DNA of 64,000 nt from Candidatus Bathyarchaeia archaeon (GCA_038817885.1 JAWAZE010000002.1:13862-77861), one strand, 5' to 3'. Shown: positions 18,827 through 28,954, counted from the stretch's first letter. The notes: generated by a model not told the origin, from the sequence alone. A program made the numbers and translations.

Positions 18827-19909
18827 GTGGATATGAGTGGGCAAGTCGGGTCCTACTGTGTTAAGGTTCCAAGAAGTCTTGGCGAGAAGGCGATAAAGAT
18901 ACTGAGTAAGCTTGATCTTCTCAATAAGAATCTGAAGATATTAGGCTTAGGCGATTACCTACTGATACCGCTTAAAGGGGAGCCCTCAAGCAATATCTTA
19001 GATGAGCTTAGCAGAAATATAGAGAAGCTGGAGATATCTTTTCATGAATTCCCTATACGCGTAAGGGAGCCTAAGAGTGTGCTCGAATACCTCGAAGATA
19101 AGCTTCCCCCACACCTTTTAGCCAGCCTACCCAGATCAATAGACTTTATTGGGGATATAGCGATTATGGAGATCCCTGAGGAGCTCAGACCATATAAGCA
19201 TCTTATAGGCGAAGCGATACTAAAAGTCCATAAGCGTGTTAGATCGGTTCTCGCCAAGTCGAGCGCTGTTGGGGGCGTTTACCGGGTGAGGGAGTATGAG
19301 GTTATAGCTGGCTCAGAGAACACAGAGACCATCCATAAGGAGCATGGATGCAAATACTTTTTGGATCCAATAAAGGTTTACTTCTCGCCAAGGTTATCTT
19401 ATGAGCATTATAGGGTTGCATCCCAAGTCCGCGATAACGAAATAATAATAGATATGTTTGCCGGCATCGGCCCATTCTCAATTTTAATAGCGAAGATGCA
19501 TAATAATGTAAGAGTTTACTCAATTGACATAAACCCTGCCGCAATAGAATATCTAAAAAGGAATATTCATGTTAATGGAGTTGAGGGCAGGGTTACCCCA
19601 ATACTGGGTGATGCTAGAGAGATTGTTCGGGAGAGGCTTAGGGACGTTGCCGATAGGGTTATCATGAACCTACCGGAGAGGGCCGCTGAGTTCATTGATG
19701 TGGCGTGCATGGCGCTTAAGCCCTCAGGCGGCATGATACACTACTATCAGTTTTCTGAGGCGCCATACGCTATTGAGAAGGCTAGGAGGAGCCTAATTAA
19801 TGGTGTGGCTTCTGCGGGAAGATCCGTTGAGACGATATTGGCTGAGAGGGTCGTTAAAGAGGTTGCACCTTACAAGTGGCAGATAGTGGTAGACGCAAGG
19901 ATCCGGTGA
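18827..19909 (+). CDS. Trm5/Taw22-family tRNA (guanine37-N1) methyltransferase
   Basis: 360 aa. Met-10+ like pattern: IIDMFAGIGPFSILIAK, VYSIDINPAA, RVIMNLP. Confidence 0.8.
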   Translation: MDMSGQVGSYCVKVPRSLGEKAIKILSKLDLLNKNLKILGLGDYLLIPLKGEPSSNILDELSRNIEKLEISFHEFPIRVREPKSVLEYLEDKLPPHLLASLPRSIDFIGDIAIMEIPEELRPYKHLIGEAILKVHKRVRSVLAKSSAVGGVYRVREYEVIAGSENTETIHKEHGCKYFLDPIKVYFSPRLSYEHYRVASQVRDNEIIIDMFAGIGPFSILIAKMHNNVRVYSIDINPAAIEYLKRNIHVNGVEGRVTPILGDAREIVRERLRDVADRVIMNLPERAAEFIDVACMALKPSGGMIHYYQFSEAPYAIEKARRSLINGVASAGRSVETILAERVVKEVAPYKWQIVVDARIR

Positions 19910-19953
19910 AGGGGGTTGAGTATAACTCCGGGATTAATGAAAGAATTGGTGGG

Positions 19954-21162
19954 ATGGGGTTGTTCATCAGCGTTGTAAGGGATGATTCTCTCTGCAGGGA
20001 CTGCGGCTTCTGCGAGACAGTTAATAAGTGCCTGAACGATCAGTGCGTCGGCTGTCTATCGTGCTATCTTGCATGCCCATATGAGGCAAGGAGGATAGTT
20101 AAAGATGAGGGCCATAGAAGAACTATCAGCATTATAGTTGACGGCGTACACTATAGTGTGCCGGAGCGGATAACTATTAAGGAGGCTTTGAGGCTATGCG
20201 GCTACGAAATTGGTATATATCCCGATGAGAGCAGGGTGGTTGCTCCATGCCGTACTGGTGGGTGCTGGGCATGTATGGTTATAGCTGATGGGGAGGCTGT
20301 TAGGGCGTGCGTCACCGGAGTTAGGGGCAATATAAAGATAAGTACGCTCATCTCTCAGACAACGCCATTAAGGATAATCCATGGGCCTGAGCCGCATACT
20401 GTTGGAGGAAAAGCTACACCTTGGTTTGAGGGGAGGGGTGCAAGGTATATTGAGGTTGCGATATGGGCTGCTGGCTGCAACCTTAGGTGTAGGAGCTGCC
20501 AAAACTATAGCGTCACATACGATAACTCCTCTAAGGCCATATCTCCCGCCGAGGCCGCCAGGGAGGTAACCTATTATAGGAGAATTTATGGCGTTAATGG
20601 CATGGCTATTAGTGGCGGGGAGCCCACATTAAATAAGCGCTGGCTTATAGAGTATTTTAAAGAGCTTAGGAGGCTTAACTCGGATAAGGATGCTAGGTTG
20701 CATTTAGATAGCAACGGCACCCTACTAACGCCCTCATATATAGATGATCTTGTGGAGGCAGGGGCGAACAATATCGGAGTCGAGCCCAAGGGGATTCGCT
20801 TAGAAACATTCATGAATATAACGGGGATAACTGATAGAAGCCTCGCAGAGCGTTATCTGAAGACAAGCTGGGAGGCCGCAAAATATTTAGTGGACAGATA
20901 TAGGGATAGGGTCTACATTGGGATAGGCATACCATATAACTCCGCCTTCATGAGATTTGAGGAGCTGGCTGAGATAGGCGATAAGATAGCCTCAATAGAC
21001 CCCGAGGTCCAGGTATGCGTCCTAGACTACTTCCCAACATTTAGGAGGAGGGAGCTTAGGAGGCCAAGCTATAAGGAGATGCTTAAGGTTAAGGAGATAC
21101 TTAATGGTGTGGGGCTGAAGTGCGTGATAATTCAGACAGTTTACGGGCATGTTGGCCCTTAA
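19954..21162 (+). CDS. Radical SAM enzyme with N-terminal ferredoxin-like Cys cluster and 2Fe-2S-ferredoxin-like domain (PflA-like activase family)
   Basis: Start placed at ATG 19954 (MGLFISV) to avoid overlap with trm5. Motifs: CRDCGFC...CVGCLSCYLACP, then PCRTGGCWACMV...AC, then the radical SAM motif CNLRCRSC followed by GGEPTL. Confidence 0.8.
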   Translation: MGLFISVVRDDSLCRDCGFCETVNKCLNDQCVGCLSCYLACPYEARRIVKDEGHRRTISIIVDGVHYSVPERITIKEALRLCGYEIGIYPDESRVVAPCRTGGCWACMVIADGEAVRACVTGVRGNIKISTLISQTTPLRIIHGPEPHTVGGKATPWFEGRGARYIEVAIWAAGCNLRCRSCQNYSVTYDNSSKAISPAEAAREVTYYRRIYGVNGMAISGGEPTLNKRWLIEYFKELRRLNSDKDARLHLDSNGTLLTPSYIDDLVEAGANNIGVEPKGIRLETFMNITGITDRSLAERYLKTSWEAAKYLVDRYRDRVYIGIGIPYNSAFMRFEELAEIGDKIASIDPEVQVCVLDYFPTFRRRELRRPSYKEMLKVKEILNGVGLKCVIIQTVYGHVGP

Positions 21163-21165
21163 TTA

Positions 21166-22341
21166 ATGATGCTTACGGGAGTGAGTGGGATGAAGAATTC
21201 TGTGGAGACCGCTGAGAAGCTCATGCTTGAGTTTGCGCATGAGACTGGGCTCACATCAAACCTAAAGCCCAGACGATACCTCTGGACTGACTCCTTTGCA
21301 GTATGTAATTTCCTAGAACTGCACCGCAGGAAATATGATGTGAGATACCTTAACTTGGCACTAAAGCTTGTTGATCAGGTTCACCAGGTTCTTGGCAGGC
21401 ATAGGGAGGACGACCCGAGGAAGGGATGGATAAGCGGGCTTAGCGAGGAGGAAGGCTTAAGACACCCAACCCTAGGGGGACTGAGAATAGGAAAGCCCCT
21501 ACCGGAGAGAGGGCCGGATGAACCATACGATGAGGTCTTAGAGTGGGAGAGGGATGGGCAATACTATCATTACCTAACGAAGTGGATGCATGCATTGGAT
21601 AGAGTTAGCGGGGCCACTGGAGACATTAGGTATAAGGTTTGGGCAATAGAATTAGCCAAGACCGCGCACAAAGCCTTCGTCCATATAACCCCCGACGGGC
21701 GCAGGCGCATGTACTGGAAAATGAGCATCGATTTATCTAGGCCGCTCGTTCCCTCTATGGGGCTACATGACCCGCTGGATGGGCTGATCACATACGTGGA
21801 GGTATCGCTCGACGCCCCGAAAGATCCGAGTCTCAGCCTACATTCGGAGATAAAAGAGCTGGAGGAGATGTGCCTAGAAATGGACTGGACGACTAGCGAC
21901 GCGCTTGGCGTTGGCGAGCTCCTCTGGTGTGCTTACACGCTCGCCAAAATAATCTCCTGCGGCGGTTATAGGGGAATAGATCTCCTCATAAATATCTTAA
22001 ATTCAGGTCTCCTAAGCCTTGAGCTCACGCTTGCAACAGGCTTTCTGGAGTTGCCGGCTAGCATGAGATTAGCTTTTAGGGAGGCTGGTCTCTCCATTGG
22101 GCTTAAGGCTGCCGAGAGGCTCCTCAGCCTAACTGAGACTAGTGATTTGCTTAGGGGCGAGGGGGAGGTGCTCTCCCTTGCTAGGAGCTTGGTGGGCTAT
22201 AAGTGGGTTAGTGATAGGATTGAGATCTTCTGGCTGGATCCATTAAATATTAAAAGTAGATCGTGGGTTGAGCATAAGGATATTAATATGGTTATGCTGG
22301 CGACGAGCTTAATCCCTGATGGGTTCCTCGGATCCTACTAA
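21166..22341 (+). CDS. Conserved-looking hypothetical protein, all-helical, function unknown
   Basis: 391-aa ORF starting 4 nt after the radical SAM gene. No catalytic motif I recognise. Trp/Tyr-rich helical segments (DGQYYHYLTKWMHALDRV). Confidence 0.5.
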   Translation: MMLTGVSGMKNSVETAEKLMLEFAHETGLTSNLKPRRYLWTDSFAVCNFLELHRRKYDVRYLNLALKLVDQVHQVLGRHREDDPRKGWISGLSEEEGLRHPTLGGLRIGKPLPERGPDEPYDEVLEWERDGQYYHYLTKWMHALDRVSGATGDIRYKVWAIELAKTAHKAFVHITPDGRRRMYWKMSIDLSRPLVPSMGLHDPLDGLITYVEVSLDAPKDPSLSLHSEIKELEEMCLEMDWTTSDALGVGELLWCAYTLAKIISCGGYRGIDLLINILNSGLLSLELTLATGFLELPASMRLAFREAGLSIGLKAAERLLSLTETSDLLRGEGEVLSLARSLVGYKWVSDRIEIFWLDPLNIKSRSWVEHKDINMVMLATSLIPDGFLGSY

Positions 22342-23246
22342 AGCTTAACGCATCTCTTAATCTCCTCGAGGGCTTCCTCGGGGCTCTTATAGGTCTTATC
22401 TGGTATTGTGCTCAGAATCTCGCTTAGTCTAACTTGCTTATCCGCCTCCATCTCAACGAGCCTCCAGCCAATCCTGTCAATTAAGGTCCTTTTAGCGGCG
22501 GGATACTTTGTTGATGATAGCTGGTCCTTGATTGCGTCCATGCCATAGCTCCCCGTCAGCGGTGGGAAGGCACCATTCTCGATGTAGAACTTGAAGCGCC
22601 TTGCGTCATCGAACATCGTGAGGTTGTTGAAGAGGACATATACGCCCATCTCCAAGCCATCATACTTCTTAACAATCCCGTAAAGTCTCATCAACTCGTC
22701 ATTAGTGTACTGATAATAGTAGAGTTTCTCGCCAAGCCCATGGAGCCGGAAGTAGGCTACATTTCCCACGTACGCCGGGGGAAGCCTTAGAGGGTCCGTC
22801 ACATGGGTTACATTAACCCTGCCCAGCATTTCCCTCAGCAGTCTGAATCCCTCCCCACCCTCCCACGATGGCCCCCGAGTCTCCCAGACCAAAATGAAGT
22901 CCTCCCGCTCAACAACTCTGAAGAACTCCTCCGCATCCCCGATGCTCCCTATCGTGAGTGATGCCGGCGTCTGTATGAGTATTATTTTGGCTTGCAGTAT
23001 GCGGCATATCTGCTTAACCCTTTCAAACGGGTCCCTTGCCTGTTCAATCTTAAGCCTATACTTATGGCTTATGTCCTGATGAGCCTTAACGGTGAACTCG
23101 AACCTCTCCGGAGCCTTTTTCCTCCATCCCTCAACAGTTTTTTGAGCCGGATACCTGTAAAATGTGGCATTCATCTCAACGAGGCTGAAGGCTTCATAAT
23201 ACTTTGGCTGGGAGACTGGGAAGCCGCAGCAGCCAACCTTAATCAT
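22338..23246 (-). CDS. DUF72 (UPF0759) family protein
   Basis: 302 aa. MIKVGCCGFPVSQPKYYEAFSLVEMNATFYRYP...WRKKAPERFEFTVKAHQ is the characteristic DUF72 N-terminus. Confidence 0.8.
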   Translation of the reverse strand: MIKVGCCGFPVSQPKYYEAFSLVEMNATFYRYPAQKTVEGWRKKAPERFEFTVKAHQDISHKYRLKIEQARDPFERVKQICRILQAKIILIQTPASLTIGSIGDAEEFFRVVEREDFILVWETRGPSWEGGEGFRLLREMLGRVNVTHVTDPLRLPPAYVGNVAYFRLHGLGEKLYYYQYTNDELMRLYGIVKKYDGLEMGVYVLFNNLTMFDDARRFKFYIENGAFPPLTGSYGMDAIKDQLSSTKYPAAKRTLIDRIGWRLVEMEADKQVRLSEILSTIPDKTYKSPEEALEEIKRCVKL

Positions 23247-23367
23247 GCCTGGATCCCAACAAAATCCTTTAGTGAAAAGGATTAAAAAGGATAATTAAAT
23301 GAAAAATGTATATTTAAGGAGCCTGTATCCAGCGGTCATACACTCTTATTTTTATAAAAATGTAATA

Positions 23368-24639
23368 TTATTCTCCTCTTTTCTCTGGAGGTTTTATGGT
23401 GGTCGCCATGATCATCCCCACCACCGATAACATGGCAACTATTGGGAAGACAGCGATGTATGATCCGAGGATATCTTTTGTTTGCCCGGCTATTATGTTT
23501 CCTACAAGGGCTCCGGCCCCATATGCTGTGAAGACAAGCCCATAGTTTCGCGTGTAGTCTTTTGTTCCGAAGAGGGTGGCTGTTGCGGCAGGGGCTATTG
23601 CGAGCCATCCTCCTAAGTTTAGCCATAAAACCGTGAATGTAAATATGTAAGCTGGGATAGAGCTTTGGAATACGTATATTGCTAGGGATGCTATGATGAT
23701 TAACGTGAATGAGATTATTGCCGTTTTTTTCGGGGAGAGTTTGTCGGTGAGCCATCCGAAGAGTGGACGGCCGAGGCCATTGCATAGCGCGAATGGTATT
23801 ATTAGAGCCGTGAGCATCGATGATATTTTCTCACCGCTTAGGCCGGCTTTTGCAGCTACTTCTAGACCAACCTGCTTCGATATCCCAATGGCCATTAAGC
23901 CAGCCAGGGTTCCAATCATGTAGCATGCCCAGAGGGCGTAGAATGTGCCCGTCTTCACAATCTCCTCCCTGCTTAAATCTAAGACCGCAGCCTTTTGCCT
24001 TGATGGGCTCCATTTAGATGGGGTCCAGCCGCTCGGCGGAAAACTCAGAAAAACGGCTGAGAGAGCCATGAGAGCTAGGAATATAAGGCTTAGGGCCCTT
24101 AGCATCGCCTGCGCCCCCAGGATTGCTACGAGATAATCTATTAGCGGTCCAATTATGGCTGCTGAGAGGCCGAAGCCGAGAACCGTTAAGCCTACCGCTA
24201 AACCCCTCTTATCCGGAAACCACCTTGCCGAGACAACGATGGGGCAGTTATAAGCGATGCCAACCCCTAAGCCGCCAATTACGCCGTATAGGAAAACCAG
24301 CATGAGCGGTGACTCCGCAAGTGATGCCGAAAACCATGCTAGGCTCACTAGGATTGCGCCTAGAAACGCTATTTTCCTTGGGCCGTATCTCTCCATATAT
24401 TTGCCTACAAGTGGCATTGTGAGCGCGAATAGAAATAAAAATGTTAGGTAGGGAAGCTGCATTTCAGTTGATGAGACTTTAAGGCCATAGCCCTCAAAAA
24501 TTTTTTCAAGGTGAACTCTGATAATACTATAGGCATATACTGCGCCGAGACATAACATAATAATTAATCCAAATACGACGAAAATCCATCTGCCTGACTC
24601 AGCCCTTAAACCAAGAACCCTCAGCTGTGTCTCAGACAT
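23368..24639 (-). CDS. MFS transporter (oxalate/formate antiporter-like subfamily)
   Basis: 423 aa, 12 TM helices. GKYMERYGPRKI and WFPDKRGLAVGL loops are typical of MFS/OFA members. Confidence 0.8.
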   Translation of the reverse strand: MSETQLRVLGLRAESGRWIFVVFGLIIMLCLGAVYAYSIIRVHLEKIFEGYGLKVSSTEMQLPYLTFLFLFALTMPLVGKYMERYGPRKIAFLGAILVSLAWFSASLAESPLMLVFLYGVIGGLGVGIAYNCPIVVSARWFPDKRGLAVGLTVLGFGLSAAIIGPLIDYLVAILGAQAMLRALSLIFLALMALSAVFLSFPPSGWTPSKWSPSRQKAAVLDLSREEIVKTGTFYALWACYMIGTLAGLMAIGISKQVGLEVAAKAGLSGEKISSMLTALIIPFALCNGLGRPLFGWLTDKLSPKKTAIISFTLIIIASLAIYVFQSSIPAYIFTFTVLWLNLGGWLAIAPAATATLFGTKDYTRNYGLVFTAYGAGALVGNIIAGQTKDILGSYIAVFPIVAMLSVVGMIMATTIKPPEKRGE

Positions 24640-24731
24640 GCTCTATTCCCAGCCTGAAGTGAATTAGACAGCTTTAACAATATTGCCTATAAAGTTTACT
24701 GAGAGGAGACCAATCTCTTTTAAGGTTTATC

Positions 24732-25619
24732 TTAAGTTTCCTCTCTAAGCCTTGGTCCCCTGCCCTTAACAAGGTATGGTAGATTGGTTGTCCTAAATAC
24801 CACGATTTTATCCTCGAATCTATTAAGGTATGATAGGAGGAGCTTCTTACCCAGCTTCGTTAGCACGAAAACCGGTATAGTTATGCCAAGCTGCATTAAC
24901 GCCCTCGGTCCAACGACCTCGCGTATTATCTTTGATGCGCTTGCGCACACAACATCTGCCCCTGAAGATATTATCTCAGCATCTTCTCTGGAAACGCATG
25001 TATTGCATACCGAGAATATGGCAACTTCCAGCATCCTCTCCCTCCCTATGCGGCGTATCTCTTCTATTGATCTTGAATTAAAGCCTGTAACTGTGACGGC
25101 TATACGCCTATAGCCCATATCAGCAGCCTTTAAAACGCCTTCTTCCTGGCTTATCCTAGCATTCTCCCTATCTAAAATTATTCCTCCCTTGCCCTCAATA
25201 TATTCTATTATGCTTTTCACCGGGCTTGTTCTGATTATACCAGTTAATCTGGCCCCGATCTCTTGAATCAACTTCGGGTTTGCTGTTATAACTGTTCCAG
25301 CTCCCTCGCAGACGGTTATCCCGCATTCTATAAGACCATCCTCCATACATGTAGATATGATTTCTGAACTACCATATGGAACAACCATGGAGGGATCAAA
25401 TATTCTATGCTCACAGCAGAAGCCGAAGCCTTTAACTTTCGTCTCAACGATCTGCTTAACTGTCTCTGCATTGATCTCGTGAACCCCATAAAGGAGCTCT
25501 ATAAGCGGGCAATATTTTACCCTCGGCTCTGAGAGAACCTTTATTCCGTTCCTACTAACTAGAACTCTAGCCCCACAGCAGTAGAATTCGTGCTCGCCCG
25601 CGACTTCACCTGAAACCAT
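24732..25619 (-). CDS. DUF2099-like protein (family that includes methanogenesis marker protein 8); tentative
   Basis: 295 aa. Cys-rich N-terminal part (YCCGARV, GFGFCCEHR) and CEGAGTVITANP. Assigned from memory of the family pattern only. Confidence 0.4.
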   Translation of the reverse strand: MVSGEVAGEHEFYCCGARVLVSRNGIKVLSEPRVKYCPLIELLYGVHEINAETVKQIVETKVKGFGFCCEHRIFDPSMVVPYGSSEIISTCMEDGLIECGITVCEGAGTVITANPKLIQEIGARLTGIIRTSPVKSIIEYIEGKGGIILDRENARISQEEGVLKAADMGYRRIAVTVTGFNSRSIEEIRRIGRERMLEVAIFSVCNTCVSREDAEIISSGADVVCASASKIIREVVGPRALMQLGITIPVFVLTKLGKKLLLSYLNRFEDKIVVFRTTNLPYLVKGRGPRLREET

Positions 25620-25625
25620 TTAATT

Positions 25626-27713
25626 CTATGCCTCCTCAATTATTACGCTCTGGTTATCTCTCTTATTTACTCTTATTATGTGATCCGCCTTCTCCGCGAA
25701 TGCCTCACTATGCGACACGGCTATAATCTGTTCAATACTCTTCAAACACGAAAGCATTTCAGATAACCTCTCTATGGACCCATCCTCCCTACCAAGGCTC
25801 TCGGTTGGCTCATCAAGCAAAAGTATGCTAAGGCTCCTTCCAGACCTGAAGTGCATTATAAGCTGGCCTATACCAAGCCTATATGCGATGGCGAGGAACG
25901 TTCTCTCGCCCCCAGAGAGATTCTGCGCGCCCCTCTCATACCCTCCTTCATTTTCAATTATCGGCGTATAGTTCTCGTCTATTTTAACCAGAAAAGAAGC
26001 CTTCTCCGGCTCAATGAGCTCATCAAGAACCTGTTGCACAATTCTTTCAAGATACTTTACGAAGTCCCCTCTGATCTTCGGTTGTATACTTCTATATGCT
26101 TGCCTAGTCTCCTCGATGAAGACTAAGATCTTCTTAACTTTCTCTAAACGCTCCATCTTCTTCTGAGCCACATCCAGACGCCACTTAAGGTTATTTAGCC
26201 TGCCGATTACCTCGTTTCTTTGAGCTTCAAGCGCCTCGATTTTATATTTTAACTTCGAGCATAGCTCAAAAGCCTCGTTATATCGTCTTTGAGCTTCCTC
26301 AAGCTTTGTATAATCGAACATCGATGTCATGGATAATATTTCCTCCAATTGCCTTCTCGCGCCCTCAATCTCCATCTCCTTAGCCCTCATCTCCTCAACA
26401 ATTTTATCAAGTATTCTCTTTTCATCTTCAACCTGCCTAATAATTTCCTCTTTCTTTGGAATTATAGTTTGCAAGCTGGAGAAGATCGTGAATAAAGTGC
26501 TTCTTAGCTGCTCCATCTCCTTAATATTCTTCTCTAGTTCGGTAAGCCGCAGCCTATAATTAGATATCTCCTCATAAAAGCGCTTCATTAAAGCATCTTT
26601 GTATTCTGGTGAGAGGGTCTGGAGGCAGAGTGGGCATCTATTCTCCATTGCAAGATTTGATAGACGTTGACTCACCTTCTTAATCTCGCCTCTAACACTC
26701 TCCTCATCCCCACGCATACTTGATATTTGCTCTATAACACTGTTAATATATGCCTGAACCTTTTGGAGTGATATATCCGCCTGCAAACCAAGATCTGCGA
26801 GTCTCCTTCTAAGAACCTCCTCTTGGCCACATAGGGTTTCTAAGCGCCCCTCAAGTTCACTTGTCTTTCGCTTTTTATCCCTGGCTTCGTTGGCGAGTCT
26901 GGCATAAATATTTTCGAGACTATTAATCTTAGATTTAAGCTCGTTTTCTTTCGCCTTCAGCTCCTCGCTTTTTCTGCGCAGCTCCATTAGCTCCTCAAGC
27001 TTGGCTGAAGCCTCCTTAAGTCTAGTCTCAGCTTCAAGAAGCTTTCTTTTAGCTTCCTCTATCTCTCCCTCCCTGAGTGAGAGTTCTTTAACAGCTTCAT
27101 CGTACATCTCTCTAATCTCTTTAGCACTTACGATATCTGGATCTCTGCGGAGATTCTCTAGCTCGCTCTCATACCACTTTTGAGTCGACCTAAGATTAGC
27201 CCAAGAAACCTCATAATCAGATATCCCAAACAGTTGATCGAGGACCTTTTGTCTATCAGAGGGAGCCATGTCCAATATTTCTTTCAGTCTCTCCTGCCTA
27301 ATCCAGATAATGTTCCTAAAAATCTCCTTATCCACACCAGTAATTAGCTTCAACTGCTCTGCCACAGCCTCGCTCTTAATCTCGGCAATAAGCCTATTCC
27401 CCTCAAAGAGCTTCAGTTGCTCTGGATCATGACTTATGCGGTCCCCGCGCCTCTTAAGCCCCCTCCAAATGGTGTATTCCTTGCCGCCCTCAATAAACTT
27501 CAGTACGACCCTCCCTGAATCCACCCCTTCCCGAAGAAGATACTCGTAGCTTCTGCCGAGGGGGTCGCCGAAGAGGGCGAAGTCTATGGCATATAATATA
27601 CTGGTTTTCCCCGCGCCAAGCCCCCCGACAAGACAATTAAATCCATTAGAAAATTTTACAGTAGTCTTAACATGTGATCTAATATTCTCCATTGTGACGC
27701 TCTCTATCCTCAT
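25626..27713 (-). CDS. rad50: Rad50 DNA double-strand break repair ATPase
   Basis: 695 aa. Walker A GGLGAGKTS, long coiled coil, CPLC zinc hook (ENRCPLCLQTL), signature LSGGERTFLAIA, Walker B LLLDEPTESL. 4-nt overlap with mre11. Confidence 0.9.
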   Translation of the reverse strand: MRIESVTMENIRSHVKTTVKFSNGFNCLVGGLGAGKTSILYAIDFALFGDPLGRSYEYLLREGVDSGRVVLKFIEGGKEYTIWRGLKRRGDRISHDPEQLKLFEGNRLIAEIKSEAVAEQLKLITGVDKEIFRNIIWIRQERLKEILDMAPSDRQKVLDQLFGISDYEVSWANLRSTQKWYESELENLRRDPDIVSAKEIREMYDEAVKELSLREGEIEEAKRKLLEAETRLKEASAKLEELMELRRKSEELKAKENELKSKINSLENIYARLANEARDKKRKTSELEGRLETLCGQEEVLRRRLADLGLQADISLQKVQAYINSVIEQISSMRGDEESVRGEIKKVSQRLSNLAMENRCPLCLQTLSPEYKDALMKRFYEEISNYRLRLTELEKNIKEMEQLRSTLFTIFSSLQTIIPKKEEIIRQVEDEKRILDKIVEEMRAKEMEIEGARRQLEEILSMTSMFDYTKLEEAQRRYNEAFELCSKLKYKIEALEAQRNEVIGRLNNLKWRLDVAQKKMERLEKVKKILVFIEETRQAYRSIQPKIRGDFVKYLERIVQQVLDELIEPEKASFLVKIDENYTPIIENEGGYERGAQNLSGGERTFLAIAYRLGIGQLIMHFRSGRSLSILLLDEPTESLGREDGSIERLSEMLSCLKSIEQIIAVSHSEAFAEKADHIIRVNKRDNQSVIIEEA

Positions 27714-28954
27714 CTAAATAAGTCCTCCAGTATCTTCCTAACCTTACTCTCATCGTCCTTAACAAGATATTGAATTAGGTCTATGGCTACGCGAGCTCTC
27801 CTCTCTGCCTCCTCGCGGCTATAATTGCGCTGCATGAAAAATTGTAGTAGGTACTCGTAGGATTTGGCTTTCAGATCCTTCATATCGCTACTAAAGATGT
27901 CCCGCATAGTCTCCTCTGAGAACTCAGCTTCCCTTAAAAGTACAACCGGGTGAACTATGAGAGCCTTTTCGGCAGCGCTCCTAATTTTAGATAGGTTGAT
28001 CTCCCTCCTTGATGCGCCGGCCGGCAGAATACCATTTAATACAGGAACTATGACTACCCCCTCCTCATCCGCCTCTCTAATAGCCTTTATAACCGTCTCC
28101 ACAATCTCACTAGGATGAAGCCCACTATAGTCTTCTTCCATAACCTTAAATTTACGCATCCTCTCAAGCTTCACATAGCTTATGTTGAGCCCCACGTCTC
28201 CGCTAACCTCAACATAATAAAAGCCCTTATTGAAGGCGGCATCCTCATAACTAACATTTTCCGTTGAGCCGCTATAAGCCACTATCCCGCCCCTAAAACT
28301 AAAGCGGAGGGGGGCATGTATATGCCCGCCAGCATAATAGTTGAAGCCGTCCGGGATCAAGTTCGGGTTTGCGTCTGCCGCCGCCCTTGGGAAGACGCTA
28401 CTTATCTCCGGCGTATTCAGAGCCATGTGAAAGACAAATATATTAAACTTATCTTTACGCGGCGTAGGCCTCTTAAGTTCGTAGAAGGCAGGTACCCCCT
28501 CCTCAAATCTCTCTCTGGTCCTAAAGTTCGGTATGCCATAAACGTAGCAGTAATCGTTTTCCCAGCATGCACCATCATGTCTCGGAAGATAGTATATTAA
28601 GCCAGCGCTGTCAAGGGGGTTAAGTATTGTTCCGGTCACGACGTTCGGCGCATGGTCATGTGATCCATCAACGACAAGGATTGGAATATTAGCCTCCTTT
28701 AACCTCCTAAAGTTCCTAATAGCCCTCTCTAAAGTTATGTTTGAGGGTCTAGCGTGATGAAATAAATCTCCAGCGATAATCATAAAGCTGGGCTTGAGCT
28801 CCAAAGTTTTCTCAACAACCTCTGAGAAAGCGTTGTCAAAGTCGTCGCGCCTCTCGCTAAGATTATATTGTTCATACCCAAGATGTATATCAGCGACGTG
28901 GACGAAGCTGAACCCGCTCAAACCTAACTGGCACCCAATATTTTCATAAAGCAC
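27710..28954 (-). CDS. mre11: Mre11 nuclease (calcineurin-like phosphoesterase)
   Basis: 414 aa. Phosphoesterase motifs FVHVADIHLG, IIAGDLFH, VVDGSHD, GGHIH. Directly upstream of rad50. Confidence 0.9.
   Translation of the reverse strand: MLYENIGCQLGLSGFSFVHVADIHLGYEQYNLSERRDDFDNAFSEVVEKTLELKPSFMIIAGDLFHHARPSNITLERAIRNFRRLKEANIPILVVDGSHDHAPNVVTGTILNPLDSAGLIYYLPRHDGACWENDYCYVYGIPNFRTRERFEEGVPAFYELKRPTPRKDKFNIFVFHMALNTPEISSVFPRAAADANPNLIPDGFNYYAGGHIHAPLRFSFRGGIVAYSGSTENVSYEDAAFNKGFYYVEVSGDVGLNISYVKLERMRKFKVMEEDYSGLHPSEIVETVIKAIREADEEGVVIVPVLNGILPAGASRREINLSKIRSAAEKALIVHPVVLLREAEFSEETMRDIFSSDMKDLKAKSYEYLLQFFMQRNYSREEAERRARVAIDLIQYLVKDDESKVRKILEDLFR

Noticed and set aside
23336-23785. 149-aa His/Arg/Pro-rich minus-strand ORF overlapping the MFS transporter gene in another frame.
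   Set aside because: It is an out-of-frame overlap with a 12-TM transporter that has clear MFS motifs. Its composition is not protein-like.
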